Shown: positions 1-7,786, numbered from the stretch's first letter. The stretch is DNA of 10,587 bases from an uncultured archaeon (GCA_964534625.1 CAZHRF010000074.1:1-10587), one strand, 5' to 3'. Notes: generated from the sequence alone by a model not told the origin. Program-made: numbers and translations.

Positions 1-49
1 TTCTTTTCATCCCCGCCCTCAAGGACGGGGTTTTCAAGAAGACGTTCAA
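1..49 (-). mobile_element. Probable left end (LE) of an IS200/IS605-family element or derived non-autonomous element, continuing off the window
   Basis: Minus strand reads TTAT(53-50)^TTGAACGTCTTCTTG-AAAA(34-31)-CCCCGTCC-TTGA-GGGCGGGG(30-11)-ATGAAAAGAA. The GC-rich hairpin stands out in AT-rich DNA. Target tetranucleotide, guide at +16..+19 and hairpin from +20 match the IS608 LE geometry. No tnpA/tnpB is visible in the window. Confidence 0.7.
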
Positions 50-1869
50 ATAAAATGTTTAAGAATTGTATTACCTTGTTTTTCAAATGGTCTCATATCT
101 CCATCCCAATTTTCAAGCAAATGCTGATTTTCTTTTTCAAAATAATCCATAAATTGCTTGGTCTTTTCAATCAAGGTATCATTTATTATATTTGTTACTA
201 CTATTAGTTCTACATATTCTCCTTTTTCTATCAAAACCTTCTTATCTCCTGCATCAATAACTGGTATACCTTTTGTATTTAGCGCTTCTTCTAGTAACAT
301 TTGTATTGCTGTTAAGCTTCCAGCGAAGAGTTGATCTTTACTTTCTTCGAAATTCCCTGCTATGTTCTTTGAGACGATCATACGACCATCATTATAGATG
401 ATTAATACCGTATGCACAATAATATTCTCTGGTTCAATCAAATTTTTCAATGCTGAAATTGTTTTTCCTTTTTCTTCTTCTCCTTTCAATAATTCTCTTG
501 CCAATAGTTGAATCTTGGATATTTTTTGTATTTCTCTTTCCATATGCACTTCCACGTCTTTTTCAATTTCACTTCTTAGCACTATTGGTTCTAACAATGA
601 AAATATAGCGGTTATAACGTCCTCTAATTTGTTTCTTGGGGTCTCTATGACAAACAGAACTAGAGCCTCCATCCCCTTATTTAGTGCCTCTTTTGCCCCC
701 TCATATTTTTTATTATTCATATAAATGAGAACGGTAGCCAGATAATTTTGTGCTTGAATCCGGCGAATTGTATAAATATTGTTTTCCATCGCTTCTTCTT
801 GTTTATATAACCCTATGTATTTAAACATTGAACGTGCTAAAGAATAAGCGTTTATTGCTTGTGTGTGTTTACCTATCATACTTTGTATATTAGCTAATCC
901 AGCGTAAGTTAGAGCATATTCTGGGATAATTTTTAATTTGGAGCTTGTCAATGAAATAGTTTTATAATATTCTTTTATACTATCAGAATACATTTTTGCT
1001 TTTTCATATATTGCTCCTTTTACTTGATAATATTTAATAGATCCCTCTAGACTCAGATTTTTCATGTGTTCTTCATTAATATCTTGAATTAATTGTAGAG
1101 CTAGTTCTGTATCTTTGACAAAGATTTTTTTTGCAATAAGTGCTTTTGAATAGTCACCAAACCGTTTACTATCACTGTTTATAACCTTGAATAAAGAGTT
1201 CACAAGGAATTCATCATTAATAATTGTAGCATAAACTAACAAATTATACAATATTTTCGATGCGTCACGATTATTTTGTTGTGCTTCACTAGCTAATTTG
1301 GTTATTGCTATTGCTTTCTCATTCTCACCTATATTTTTATCCACGATTGTTTCTATTAATTTCAATATACATCCTTCACTTTCATTTTGTTTTAGTGAGG
1401 ACTGTTTAGATAGGTGGTCTTCAAAATATCTAGCTGTTATATGTGGAAGAAAAACGAATAGATCTTCTTTAATATGGTTTCCATATTCCTCGTCTATTTT
1501 AGCTAATATCCGGTTTATCTGCTCTTTATTGAGCTTTTTTTTGCTTTTTATAATCTCTTTTATTCTCGTTATAAAAAATTCTATTAAATCAGCATATCTA
1601 AAGAAATAATTGCATAATACAAATAGTTGATCCGCTCTTTTCTCTATTATAAGAACAAAATTAGTTTTATCAACTGAAATTTTCATAACTCTTGGTTCTT
1701 CCCTTCCTGATTGAGAGATGATGATATTTATGAGGTTCTCAAGCTTAACTTTTTCCCCAAGTTCTGTTATTTTTTCCTCATAATTTAATACTACTTTTTC
1801 TGATGATATTTTCCCGTCTATAATTGTTGTACATCCTTCTAAAATGGATAGCATTAACAACAAAAGCAT
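46..1869 (-). CDS. TPR-repeat protein with a C-terminal longin/roadblock-like domain and possibly an N-terminal longin-like domain
   Basis: 607-aa ORF. TPR-like units: YYQVKGAIYEKAKMYSDSIKEYYKTISL, ALTYAGLANIQSMIGKHTQAINAYSLA, AQNYLATVLIYMNNKKYEGAKEALNKG. The C-terminal ~125 aa (VLIIYNDGRMIVS...LFAGSLTAIQMLLEE...GDKKVLIEKG...FEKENQHLLENWDGD) fit the archaeal longin-like pattern common in Asgard proteins. The start could be M6 (1854). Confidence 0.8.
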   Translation of the reverse strand: MLLLLMLSILEGCTTIIDGKISSEKVVLNYEEKITELGEKVKLENLINIIISQSGREEPRVMKISVDKTNFVLIIEKRADQLFVLCNYFFRYADLIEFFITRIKEIIKSKKKLNKEQINRILAKIDEEYGNHIKEDLFVFLPHITARYFEDHLSKQSSLKQNESEGCILKLIETIVDKNIGENEKAIAITKLASEAQQNNRDASKILYNLLVYATIINDEFLVNSLFKVINSDSKRFGDYSKALIAKKIFVKDTELALQLIQDINEEHMKNLSLEGSIKYYQVKGAIYEKAKMYSDSIKEYYKTISLTSSKLKIIPEYALTYAGLANIQSMIGKHTQAINAYSLARSMFKYIGLYKQEEAMENNIYTIRRIQAQNYLATVLIYMNNKKYEGAKEALNKGMEALVLFVIETPRNKLEDVITAIFSLLEPIVLRSEIEKDVEVHMEREIQKISKIQLLARELLKGEEEKGKTISALKNLIEPENIIVHTVLIIYNDGRMIVSKNIAGNFEESKDQLFAGSLTAIQMLLEEALNTKGIPVIDAGDKKVLIEKGEYVELIVVTNIINDTLIEKTKQFMDYFEKENQHLLENWDGDMRPFEKQGNTILKHFI

Positions 1870-1893
1870 AAATTCGTTTAAAAATTTATGGTT

Positions 1894-2916
1894 TTAAAAA
1901 ACTAGTCGCCCATCTTTAAATATCCGCTCTCCATCTATTTCTAAGTTAATATTTGGTGAGGGAAAATGTCCAGTAAAATGTTCTAAGTCAAAAACTTCCG
2001 TTGGCTTCAATCCTTCCGAAATAACTAGATTACACACTCCCAGCATTTTTTCTAATTCTAATACTGAAAAAGGATTTGTAGCATTTTTATTCAATCCAAA
2101 CACAAGTTGTTGTATGGGATACAAATCTCTTTTCACTAACAAATTATTGATCCACGTCTTATTATCAGAGTTTTTAGACTCTATTTTGATAATATTTCCA
2201 TCTTTTAATTCAAAAAACAATCTTGGATTTTTGGATGAGATCCATCCTTCTGGAATAGTTGCTTTTCCGGATATTTTTGGTCGTAATAAAACCACTTCAC
2301 CACCAGGTAAATTGGAAACTTTTCCATGATAATTAACTTTTCCTGTTTCATAGCCTATTTGTACATTCTTTAGATCAATTGTTAAATCCGTACCTTTTTC
2401 TGTCCATACTTTAGCTACAGATCCTTGTTTAAATTTAACATAAACTTCCATTACTTCCCTCTCCATTTTATCGACATCTATATCTAAAGGTCCATTAGGC
2501 ATGAATACAGATTCATCAATCATTGGGCTATTCACTATACGGATATTTTGCTTTGTTTCAAGAATTGGTCTGACATAGTTCCTGTGAGTAAATTCTGTCA
2601 GTAAAACTAAGATATTACAATTGCTTAATTCTTCTTTTAGATCTTCTTCAATTGGGGGGTAATGCTGCCATGGACATTTAAAAGCTAAAAAATCAAACTC
2701 TGAATTATCAAAGTGTTTTTTTGCTATTTGGTGAATATATTTAGCAAGAATATTACGATTGTATATCCGTTCTATTACAGATAAATCTCTCATTTTAACA
2801 TCTAACTTCGAGGGATAATCAGTTGCAACTAAAACGCTCTCACCTTGCTGTATATCTATGTAATCTTGAAACATCTTAATGATTATACGATCAATTTTTG
2901 GATCAATTTGATCCAT
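1894..2916 (-). CDS. Aminopeptidase T / peptidase M29-like protein with a degenerate metal site
   Basis: 340 aa. Family landmarks: GESVLVATD, TEKGTDLTI, NLPGGEV, FELKDGNI, FGLN, LEKMLG, EIDGERIFKDG. SD-like GGGGGT at 2928-2923. Lies 24 nt from the next gene on the same strand, so probably co-transcribed. Confidence 0.8.
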   Translation of the reverse strand: MDQIDPKIDRIIIKMFQDYIDIQQGESVLVATDYPSKLDVKMRDLSVIERIYNRNILAKYIHQIAKKHFDNSEFDFLAFKCPWQHYPPIEEDLKEELSNCNILVLLTEFTHRNYVRPILETKQNIRIVNSPMIDESVFMPNGPLDIDVDKMEREVMEVYVKFKQGSVAKVWTEKGTDLTIDLKNVQIGYETGKVNYHGKVSNLPGGEVVLLRPKISGKATIPEGWISSKNPRLFFELKDGNIIKIESKNSDNKTWINNLLVKRDLYPIQQLVFGLNKNATNPFSVLELEKMLGVCNLVISEGLKPTEVFDLEHFTGHFPSPNINLEIDGERIFKDGRLVF

Positions 2917-2922
2917 TTTTTT

Positions 2923-2978
2923 ACCCCCAATTTTTTATATTTACTTACTTTAAGCTGTTTGGCTATTTATAGATTTTT
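2923..2978 (-). promoter_or_regulatory. Candidate archaeal promoter (A-rich BRE-like + TATAAATA) and SD-like motif for the 2916->46 operon
   Basis: Minus strand AAAAATC-TATAAATA (TATA at 2971-2964). GGGGGT sits 6 nt before ATG 2916. The AT-rich background lowers specificity. Confidence 0.35.
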
Positions 2979-3124
2979 ACGTATCTTTATAAATTCAATC
3001 AATAAGTGACTGATTGCATGATTGAAGCATAAACTAACAATTAGTTTGACAAAAATAAAAACTTTAACAGTATATAACACAACATGAAGATACAAACAAG
3101 CTTATTTTAATGAGCATTTAATCA

Positions 3125-3150
3125 ATGAAAAATGAAAAAAAAATAAAGAG
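3125..3150 (-). terminator. Oligo-T archaeal-type terminator candidate
   Basis: Minus strand CTCTTTATTTTTTTTTCATTTTTCAT, about 15 nt after the stop of 3166-3459. Confidence 0.4.
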
Positions 3151-3165
3151 CCATTCTAGTTATCA

Positions 3166-3459
3166 TTATTTCTCTTCAGGCACGGGTGCAGCTATCTGAT
3201 AGGCTCTAATTCCTCCAACTAGCATATAATAAAATCCTGTGCACACTATCGGAACAATAAACAATATGCTAAACATTAATAACCCCCCTTTTTCCATGTT
3301 AGGTGCTACGTTTTCGTAAAACCATAGAGAAATATCTTCAAAAAATAGCCAAAAAATAATAAACCCTGTAACTATGATTGTTCCACCTATTGCTTTAAAT
3401 AATGATTGGTAAAATTCCTTATCTTGTTTTCTCGTTTCTTTCTTGCTCATATCCTTCAA
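3166..3459 (-). CDS. Small two-TM membrane protein, unknown function
   Basis: 97 aa from TTG, or ATG at 3450. Charged N-terminus, then two hydrophobic helices (AIGGTIIVTGFIIFWLFF; LLMFSILFIVPIVCTGFYYMLVGG). GAGG upstream at 3467-3464. Confidence 0.75.
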   Translation of the reverse strand: MKDMSKKETRKQDKEFYQSLFKAIGGTIIVTGFIIFWLFFEDISLWFYENVAPNMEKGGLLMFSILFIVPIVCTGFYYMLVGGIRAYQIAAPVPEEK

Positions 3460-3585
3460 ATATCCTCACTCTATGACTCTTTAAATTTCTTTTGTTTAGT
3501 ATTTTATTTTTCTGTTGGGTTACTTTAACTTACAAAACAATTTTATGTGTGGCTTAATTATTATATTTGTCAAAAGGTTTTATTT

Positions 3586-4395
3586 ATGTCTAGTCCAAAT
3601 ATTAATGTTGAATTATTTGATAGAAATGAATTTGAATTTTATCGTAGAATGGCAGATTCAGAAGTAAGAGATAATAAATATGGTTTCTTCTACAAAAACA
3701 AACGTATTGAAACCTATAGTTATGTAACACCAAAAGATGAGGGAGTTAAAGACTTCCAAGAATTTCTTTCCTTCACTTTTTCATTCTTTGGAGGTGGAGA
3801 GGAGTATATTATTATCAAACACCCACTAGGTAAGTACTATATGAAAAATTCTAAAATACTCAGATCTCGAGGGTTCATTCCTTTTGACATGGGTGTTTTG
3901 GTTCAATACTGGACTCCCACACCAACTAGTAAACAAAAATTAAAACCAGATCCCTCAATAATTATAAAAGAACTCACCCGAGATTCTTTAGACATATGGA
4001 TTGAAGTTTTTTATCAATCCTTTCTATATCCCAAACATTTACGTGAAACACTTAGAAGGATGATTAGTCATCAAATTGAGCGCGATGTTAAATTTTTTGT
4101 AGGATGCAAAAACAATAAATCAGTTTGTTGTTTTAGTTCTTTTCAAATCGATAACATTATTGGTCTCTATGGAGTTGGTACCGCAGAAAAATATCAACGC
4201 CAAGGGTATGCTACCTCCGTAATGTCCAATTTTATGAGTGATTTGTTAGAAAGAGATTCTTCCATAATCTTTTGTCTTCAAACATATAAGGGACGACCAG
4301 CGGAAAAATTGTATACTGGATTAGGGTTTGAAACTGCTTATACTCAAAAAAGATTTGATTGGGATCCCCAATCAGTTGATTGTTCAAATCTCTAA
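3586..4395 (+). CDS. GNAT-family N-acetyltransferase (C-terminal GNAT domain)
   Basis: Acetyl-CoA motif A LYGVGTAEKYQRQGYATSVM and motif B AEKLYTGLGF. ATG 3586 is preferred over GTG 3547 because an AT-box (TTAATTATTATA, 3554-3565) lies about 20-30 nt upstream, consistent with a leaderless transcript. The 3' end overlaps the convergent gene by 12 nt. Confidence 0.85.
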   Translation: MSSPNINVELFDRNEFEFYRRMADSEVRDNKYGFFYKNKRIETYSYVTPKDEGVKDFQEFLSFTFSFFGGGEEYIIIKHPLGKYYMKNSKILRSRGFIPFDMGVLVQYWTPTPTSKQKLKPDPSIIIKELTRDSLDIWIEVFYQSFLYPKHLRETLRRMISHQIERDVKFFVGCKNNKSVCCFSSFQIDNIIGLYGVGTAEKYQRQGYATSVMSNFMSDLLERDSSIIFCLQTYKGRPAEKLYTGLGFETAYTQKRFDWDPQSVDCSNL

Positions 4396-5088
4396 GCCAG
4401 GCCATTCTTCTTCTGCCTTTTTAAAGTCTTTTGAGGTATCTATACTTCTCCAATAATACCCCGGATCAATTTGATACGCAAGTAGATTTTTCTTTTCAGC
4501 TAGATCAATAAACACAGTATCTTCCATTTGTCCTTTGTCTGGAAACAGTTTGAGTGTTTCGTGTGCAAATATATCTACTCCTGCATGTATCCAATGGTTC
4601 AAGAGTGGTTTTTCTCGGAATCTATTTATAATAGCATTATCATCAAATTCTACAATGCCATAAGGACTTTGCATTTTTGCTACTGCAACTGACCCCTTCT
4701 TATCTTGCTCTTTATAATCTGCTATCATTTTATCCAAGGGAAAATTTGTCATTATATCTCCATTCATAATAATAAAATCTTCAGATTTTATCTTGTTTTT
4801 ACCAAAACTAATTGCGCCACCCGATCCCAATTTTTCAGGCTCTCTACTATATAGAATATTTACTACACCGTATTCTGTTTTATATTTCTCCCCAATATTC
4901 TCTTGAATGTAATTGGCTAAATGTCTAACTGCTAATATTACATTTTCTATATTATATTTCCTTAGCCAGTGTAATTCCCATTCTAAAATAGTTAGTCCTT
5001 GTATTTTAATCATAGCTTTTGGAAAGGAATCTTGTGTAATTGTTCTTATTCTTGTTCCGAGTCCTCCACAGAGTATTACAGCATACAT
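4384..5088 (-). CDS. Sugar-phosphate nucleotidyltransferase (NTP_transferase; mannose-1-P guanylyltransferase/Gcd1-like, single domain)
   Basis: ILCGGLGTRIRTIT...PKAM signature, EPEKLGSGGAI, MNGD, YGIV, FREKP and W-x-x-IDT. No left-handed beta-helix tail. Confidence 0.92.
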   Translation of the reverse strand: MYAVILCGGLGTRIRTITQDSFPKAMIKIQGLTILEWELHWLRKYNIENVILAVRHLANYIQENIGEKYKTEYGVVNILYSREPEKLGSGGAISFGKNKIKSEDFIIMNGDIMTNFPLDKMIADYKEQDKKGSVAVAKMQSPYGIVEFDDNAIINRFREKPLLNHWIHAGVDIFAHETLKLFPDKGQMEDTVFIDLAEKKNLLAYQIDPGYYWRSIDTSKDFKKAEEEWPGLEI

Positions 5089-5131
5089 AAATCGCTATGT
5101 AAGGCTGAGATTAAAAATCTTTTTTCGATAC

Positions 5132-5263
5132 TAGTACTTCAGAATTAAGAAATTAATTTTGCTCTCAACATGTTCAGAACAAATTTAAGGCATTTTATTC
5201 TTTAACATCGATGTGTTTTAGCACTATTTCTGAAGTACTATATACAACTATGCTAGAGCAAAA
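5132..5263. repeat. Two interleaved inverted-repeat pairs in the divergent intergenic region
   Basis: TAGTACTTCAGAA (5132-5144) / TTCTGAAGTACTA (5228-5240), perfect 13 bp. TTTTGCTCT (5157-5165) / AGAGCAAAA (5255-5263), perfect 9 bp. Confidence 0.8.
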
Positions 5264-5317
5264 ATAGATTTGATAAAAAACTCGAAAAACTAATAAACCT
5301 TGAATCTATTATTGACT

Positions 5318-5833
5318 ATGGAAAAACAAACAACCCCACTTGATTCATTTAAAGAAGCATATTCAGAGACAAAGGACTTTTTAGAACGATTACCTTCTTT
5401 ATTAGAAAAATTGATTTCTTATGGTGAAACAATCAAAGAAGAGAATTCTAATCTTAAAAAAGAACTAGACACCATACAGTCAGAATTAGATTCCCACAAA
5501 CAACATTATGGAGAAGTTGAGGAACAGATGCAAAAATTTAGAGAAATGTACGAGGAGATAGCACAAGAACAAGCTGAAGAATTAGATATTAAGAAATTGT
5601 TATCAATTTATTCTATATTGTTCGAACAGGTTTTTGCTGCAAATCCGCACACAAAGATTCTACTTCTTCTACAAAGTTCTTCAAAGAAGGTATGGACTCG
5701 AGATGAGCTAACCAAAACAACCGGGTTTAGTCCCGCCGCAGTCTTGAAATCGTTACATGATCTAAGAAATAACAATTTGATTGATTTAGATGAAGAAACA
5801 AATGAAATTAGATTAATCGAAAAATTAGCTTAA
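5318..5833 (+). CDS. Coiled-coil protein with a C-terminal winged helix-turn-helix domain
   Basis: Heptad-like E/K/Q-rich N-half (IKEENSNLKKELDTIQSELDSHKQHYGEVEEQMQKFREMYEE). The C-terminus PHTKILLLL...WTRDELTKTTGFSPAAVLKSLHDLRNNNLIDLDEETNEIRL fits wHTH. ATG 5318 is preferred over TTG 5300. Confidence 0.8.
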   Translation: MEKQTTPLDSFKEAYSETKDFLERLPSLLEKLISYGETIKEENSNLKKELDTIQSELDSHKQHYGEVEEQMQKFREMYEEIAQEQAEELDIKKLLSIYSILFEQVFAANPHTKILLLLQSSSKKVWTRDELTKTTGFSPAAVLKSLHDLRNNNLIDLDEETNEIRLIEKLA

Positions 5834-5999
5834 AATATATTTATATGGTTTTTAATCTCCTTAAACCCTTTTTATTTCAAAAATAATTGCATTCGCTCTA
5901 ACTAATAGTCTTTATTTGAATATTCATGTCTGCTTGAAAAATAAAGGGATTTCTTTTTGTTCTTTTAAGAGTAAAAACAGAGCGAATATTTTTTCTCTT

Positions 6000-6569
6000 T
6001 TAGTCTACAAGAGAATAGAAATGCTCTTCGATATCTTTTTCTTTATACTTATTTTCATGTATGATTTTTTCTATTGGAATTTTCCTTGGGGTGGTAGGCT
6101 CTTCGTTTGGATATCCAATTGGTAATAATGCCATAATTTGCATGTTTTGAGGTATATCTAAAACTTTAGCTATTCTATCGTCATTAAAAGCACCAATCCA
6201 ACATGATCCTAGACCAAGTGCATTAACCATTAATAACATATTTTGAATTGCTGCCCCCGAATCATGATGTAAATATCTTTCTTCTGCTCTTTCTCCATAT
6301 CTAGAGCCAGATCTTCTGGTATCTGCAAAAACGACAACAACTACAGGAGCGTCTCCAACAAACTGTTGTACAGAAAGTTTTTGTTTTAATAAATCATCTC
6401 GAACTATAATATATTCTACTGGCTGCCTATTCCCTGCTGAGGGGGCAAACCAACCAGCTTCTAGTATTTTTTGCAGATCATCTTCTGATATATCTTTATC
6501 TTTGTAACTTCTAATACTCCTCCTTGTACGCAAAATCTCTCTTAGGCTTTCAGACTTATTTAAACGCAT
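6000..6569 (-). CDS. Nitroreductase family protein (FMN-dependent)
   Basis: RRSIRSY, APSAGNRQP, DSGAAIQNMLL, LGLGSCWIG and LPIGYP motifs. Confidence 0.95.
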   Translation of the reverse strand: MRLNKSESLREILRTRRSIRSYKDKDISEDDLQKILEAGWFAPSAGNRQPVEYIIVRDDLLKQKLSVQQFVGDAPVVVVVFADTRRSGSRYGERAEERYLHHDSGAAIQNMLLMVNALGLGSCWIGAFNDDRIAKVLDIPQNMQIMALLPIGYPNEEPTTPRKIPIEKIIHENKYKEKDIEEHFYSLVD

Positions 6570-6626
6570 ATCTATCAGAACAACTATAAATTTCGATTAT
6601 ATTAATATTAAGGTGTTTTTTTAAGT

Positions 6627-7526
6627 TCAACTGTTGCCTTTTTCATCAAGAGAGGAAGAGCCTTTTTTATTCAATGCCAATTTAACATATCCCAAATCTG
6701 CCAAAAAGGCTTTCAAAGGTACAATCGTCAAAATAATTAAATAAAGAATAAATGCAAGTCCGCCTAAAATTATTCCCCATTCTGCTTCTATTAAAAACAA
6801 AGGGGCTATTATCAAGCTTAATAAAGATAATATGCTTACTGATAGACTATAGTTTATTACCATTTTTATTCCAGTTAATGGTTTTTTAATATTAAAGGTG
6901 TTGTATAACCATGTTGATGTAACATAATATATTCCAAAAAAAGGAGCAGAAAGTATTAATATACTTGCCCATATTAATCCAATTATAAATAATACGTCTA
7001 ATCCTGTAATTCCAAACAATGCTAGGATAGAGAAAGCCGCAGCTATTAACGCACATCCATATGCTAAGGAAGAAATTGCACTAACTAAAACATTTGATGT
7101 AGGTAATGGCCCACTTAAAAACCCCATCAGTTTCACTGTTTCATATGGATGTTCTATTTCTTTTGGATAATATTGATCTTCTTGTCTTTTTAGAGGGGAG
7201 AACATTCCTTGTTGCCAATTGGGTTGATAATCACCTTTTTGTGGTTCCATATAATCAGGTATAACTAAGCGATCACCATCTGTTTCTTTCATTCCAGGGG
7301 GTAAGTCTTCCACCTCAGAAGCTTTTTTTATTGGAACCGCTACTCGTTTCTCAGGAGCAGAAACCTCAGTAATATCACTACCGCAATTAGCACAAAATTT
7401 ATCGGTTACTGTATTTGGGTGAGAGCAGTTAGGGCAGAATTTAATGGGTTCACCACAATATTTACAGAATTTTGAAGATTTTCGTATTTCATTATGACAT
7501 TTAGGACAAGCTATACTATCAGACAT
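6627..7526 (-). CDS. Double zinc-ribbon (DZR) membrane protein with about 4 TM helices
   Basis: Four CxxC pairs (CPKC, FCKYCG, CPNC, FCANCG), a P/E/Q-rich linker, then about 4 hydrophobic helices. Confidence 0.85.
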   Translation of the reverse strand: MSDSIACPKCHNEIRKSSKFCKYCGEPIKFCPNCSHPNTVTDKFCANCGSDITEVSAPEKRVAVPIKKASEVEDLPPGMKETDGDRLVIPDYMEPQKGDYQPNWQQGMFSPLKRQEDQYYPKEIEHPYETVKLMGFLSGPLPTSNVLVSAISSLAYGCALIAAAFSILALFGITGLDVLFIIGLIWASILILSAPFFGIYYVTSTWLYNTFNIKKPLTGIKMVINYSLSVSILSLLSLIIAPLFLIEAEWGIILGGLAFILYLIILTIVPLKAFLADLGYVKLALNKKGSSSLDEKGNS

Positions 7527-7768
7527 TAAAGTTCATGTAAAACCAATTCATGTTAATATATATTACTTACGATTTGCTGAAATTGAATCAAGAATAAAAC
7601 TTAGAGGATCATTAGTAGTTGAATTTGATAAATGCTTGCATCAGTTGAAAATAGGTACCTACTAATCTTATCCCAGTATTCTCTACCTTTAACTGTTTTT
7701 TTCAATTTTTTGCTATCTTAGAAGTCATTTTATCTACCATTACAATTTGCATAGATTAATGAAATAGT

Positions 7769-7786
7769 GGAAGAGAAAAAAGAAGC
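7769..7786 (-). terminator. Pyrimidine/oligo-T terminator candidate after the tubulin-like gene
   Basis: Minus strand GCTTCTTTTTTCTCTTCC immediately after TAA at 7789-7787. Confidence 0.4.

Noticed and set aside
11-34. Bacterial Rho-independent terminator (hairpin plus TTTT on the + strand)
   Set aside because: Only four T residues follow and the + strand stem has a C-A mismatch. It is not excluded, but is less explanatory than an IS200/IS605 end.
11-48. TGA plus a downstream hairpin as a selenocysteine/SECIS signal
   Set aside because: A second in-frame TGA follows four codons later, there is no redox or Cys-like context, and the IS-end geometry explains the hairpin better.
1831-1869. Lipoprotein signal MLLLLMLSILEGC
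   Set aside because: No basic n-region, Glu in the lipobox, and the downstream domains look cytoplasmic; more likely the first beta strand.
515-2329. + strand ORFs 515-724, 1298-1609 and 2114-2329
   Set aside because: Antisense shadows of longer, motif-bearing genes; F/S/I-rich composition typical of reverse-complemented codons.
2889-2913. GATCAATTT direct repeat
   Set aside because: Lies within coding sequence and reflects the DQIDPKID peptide repeat.
4913-6125. + strand ORFs 4913-5134 and 5916-6125
   Set aside because: Mostly antisense to the nucleotidyltransferase and the nitroreductase; TTG starts and no motifs.
7591-7705. Possible structured RNA in the 7527-7786 gap (ATTAGTAG/CTACTAAT pair, TAGGTACCTA palindrome)
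   Set aside because: The stems are short, AT-rich and overlapping, and cannot be distinguished from chance by eye.
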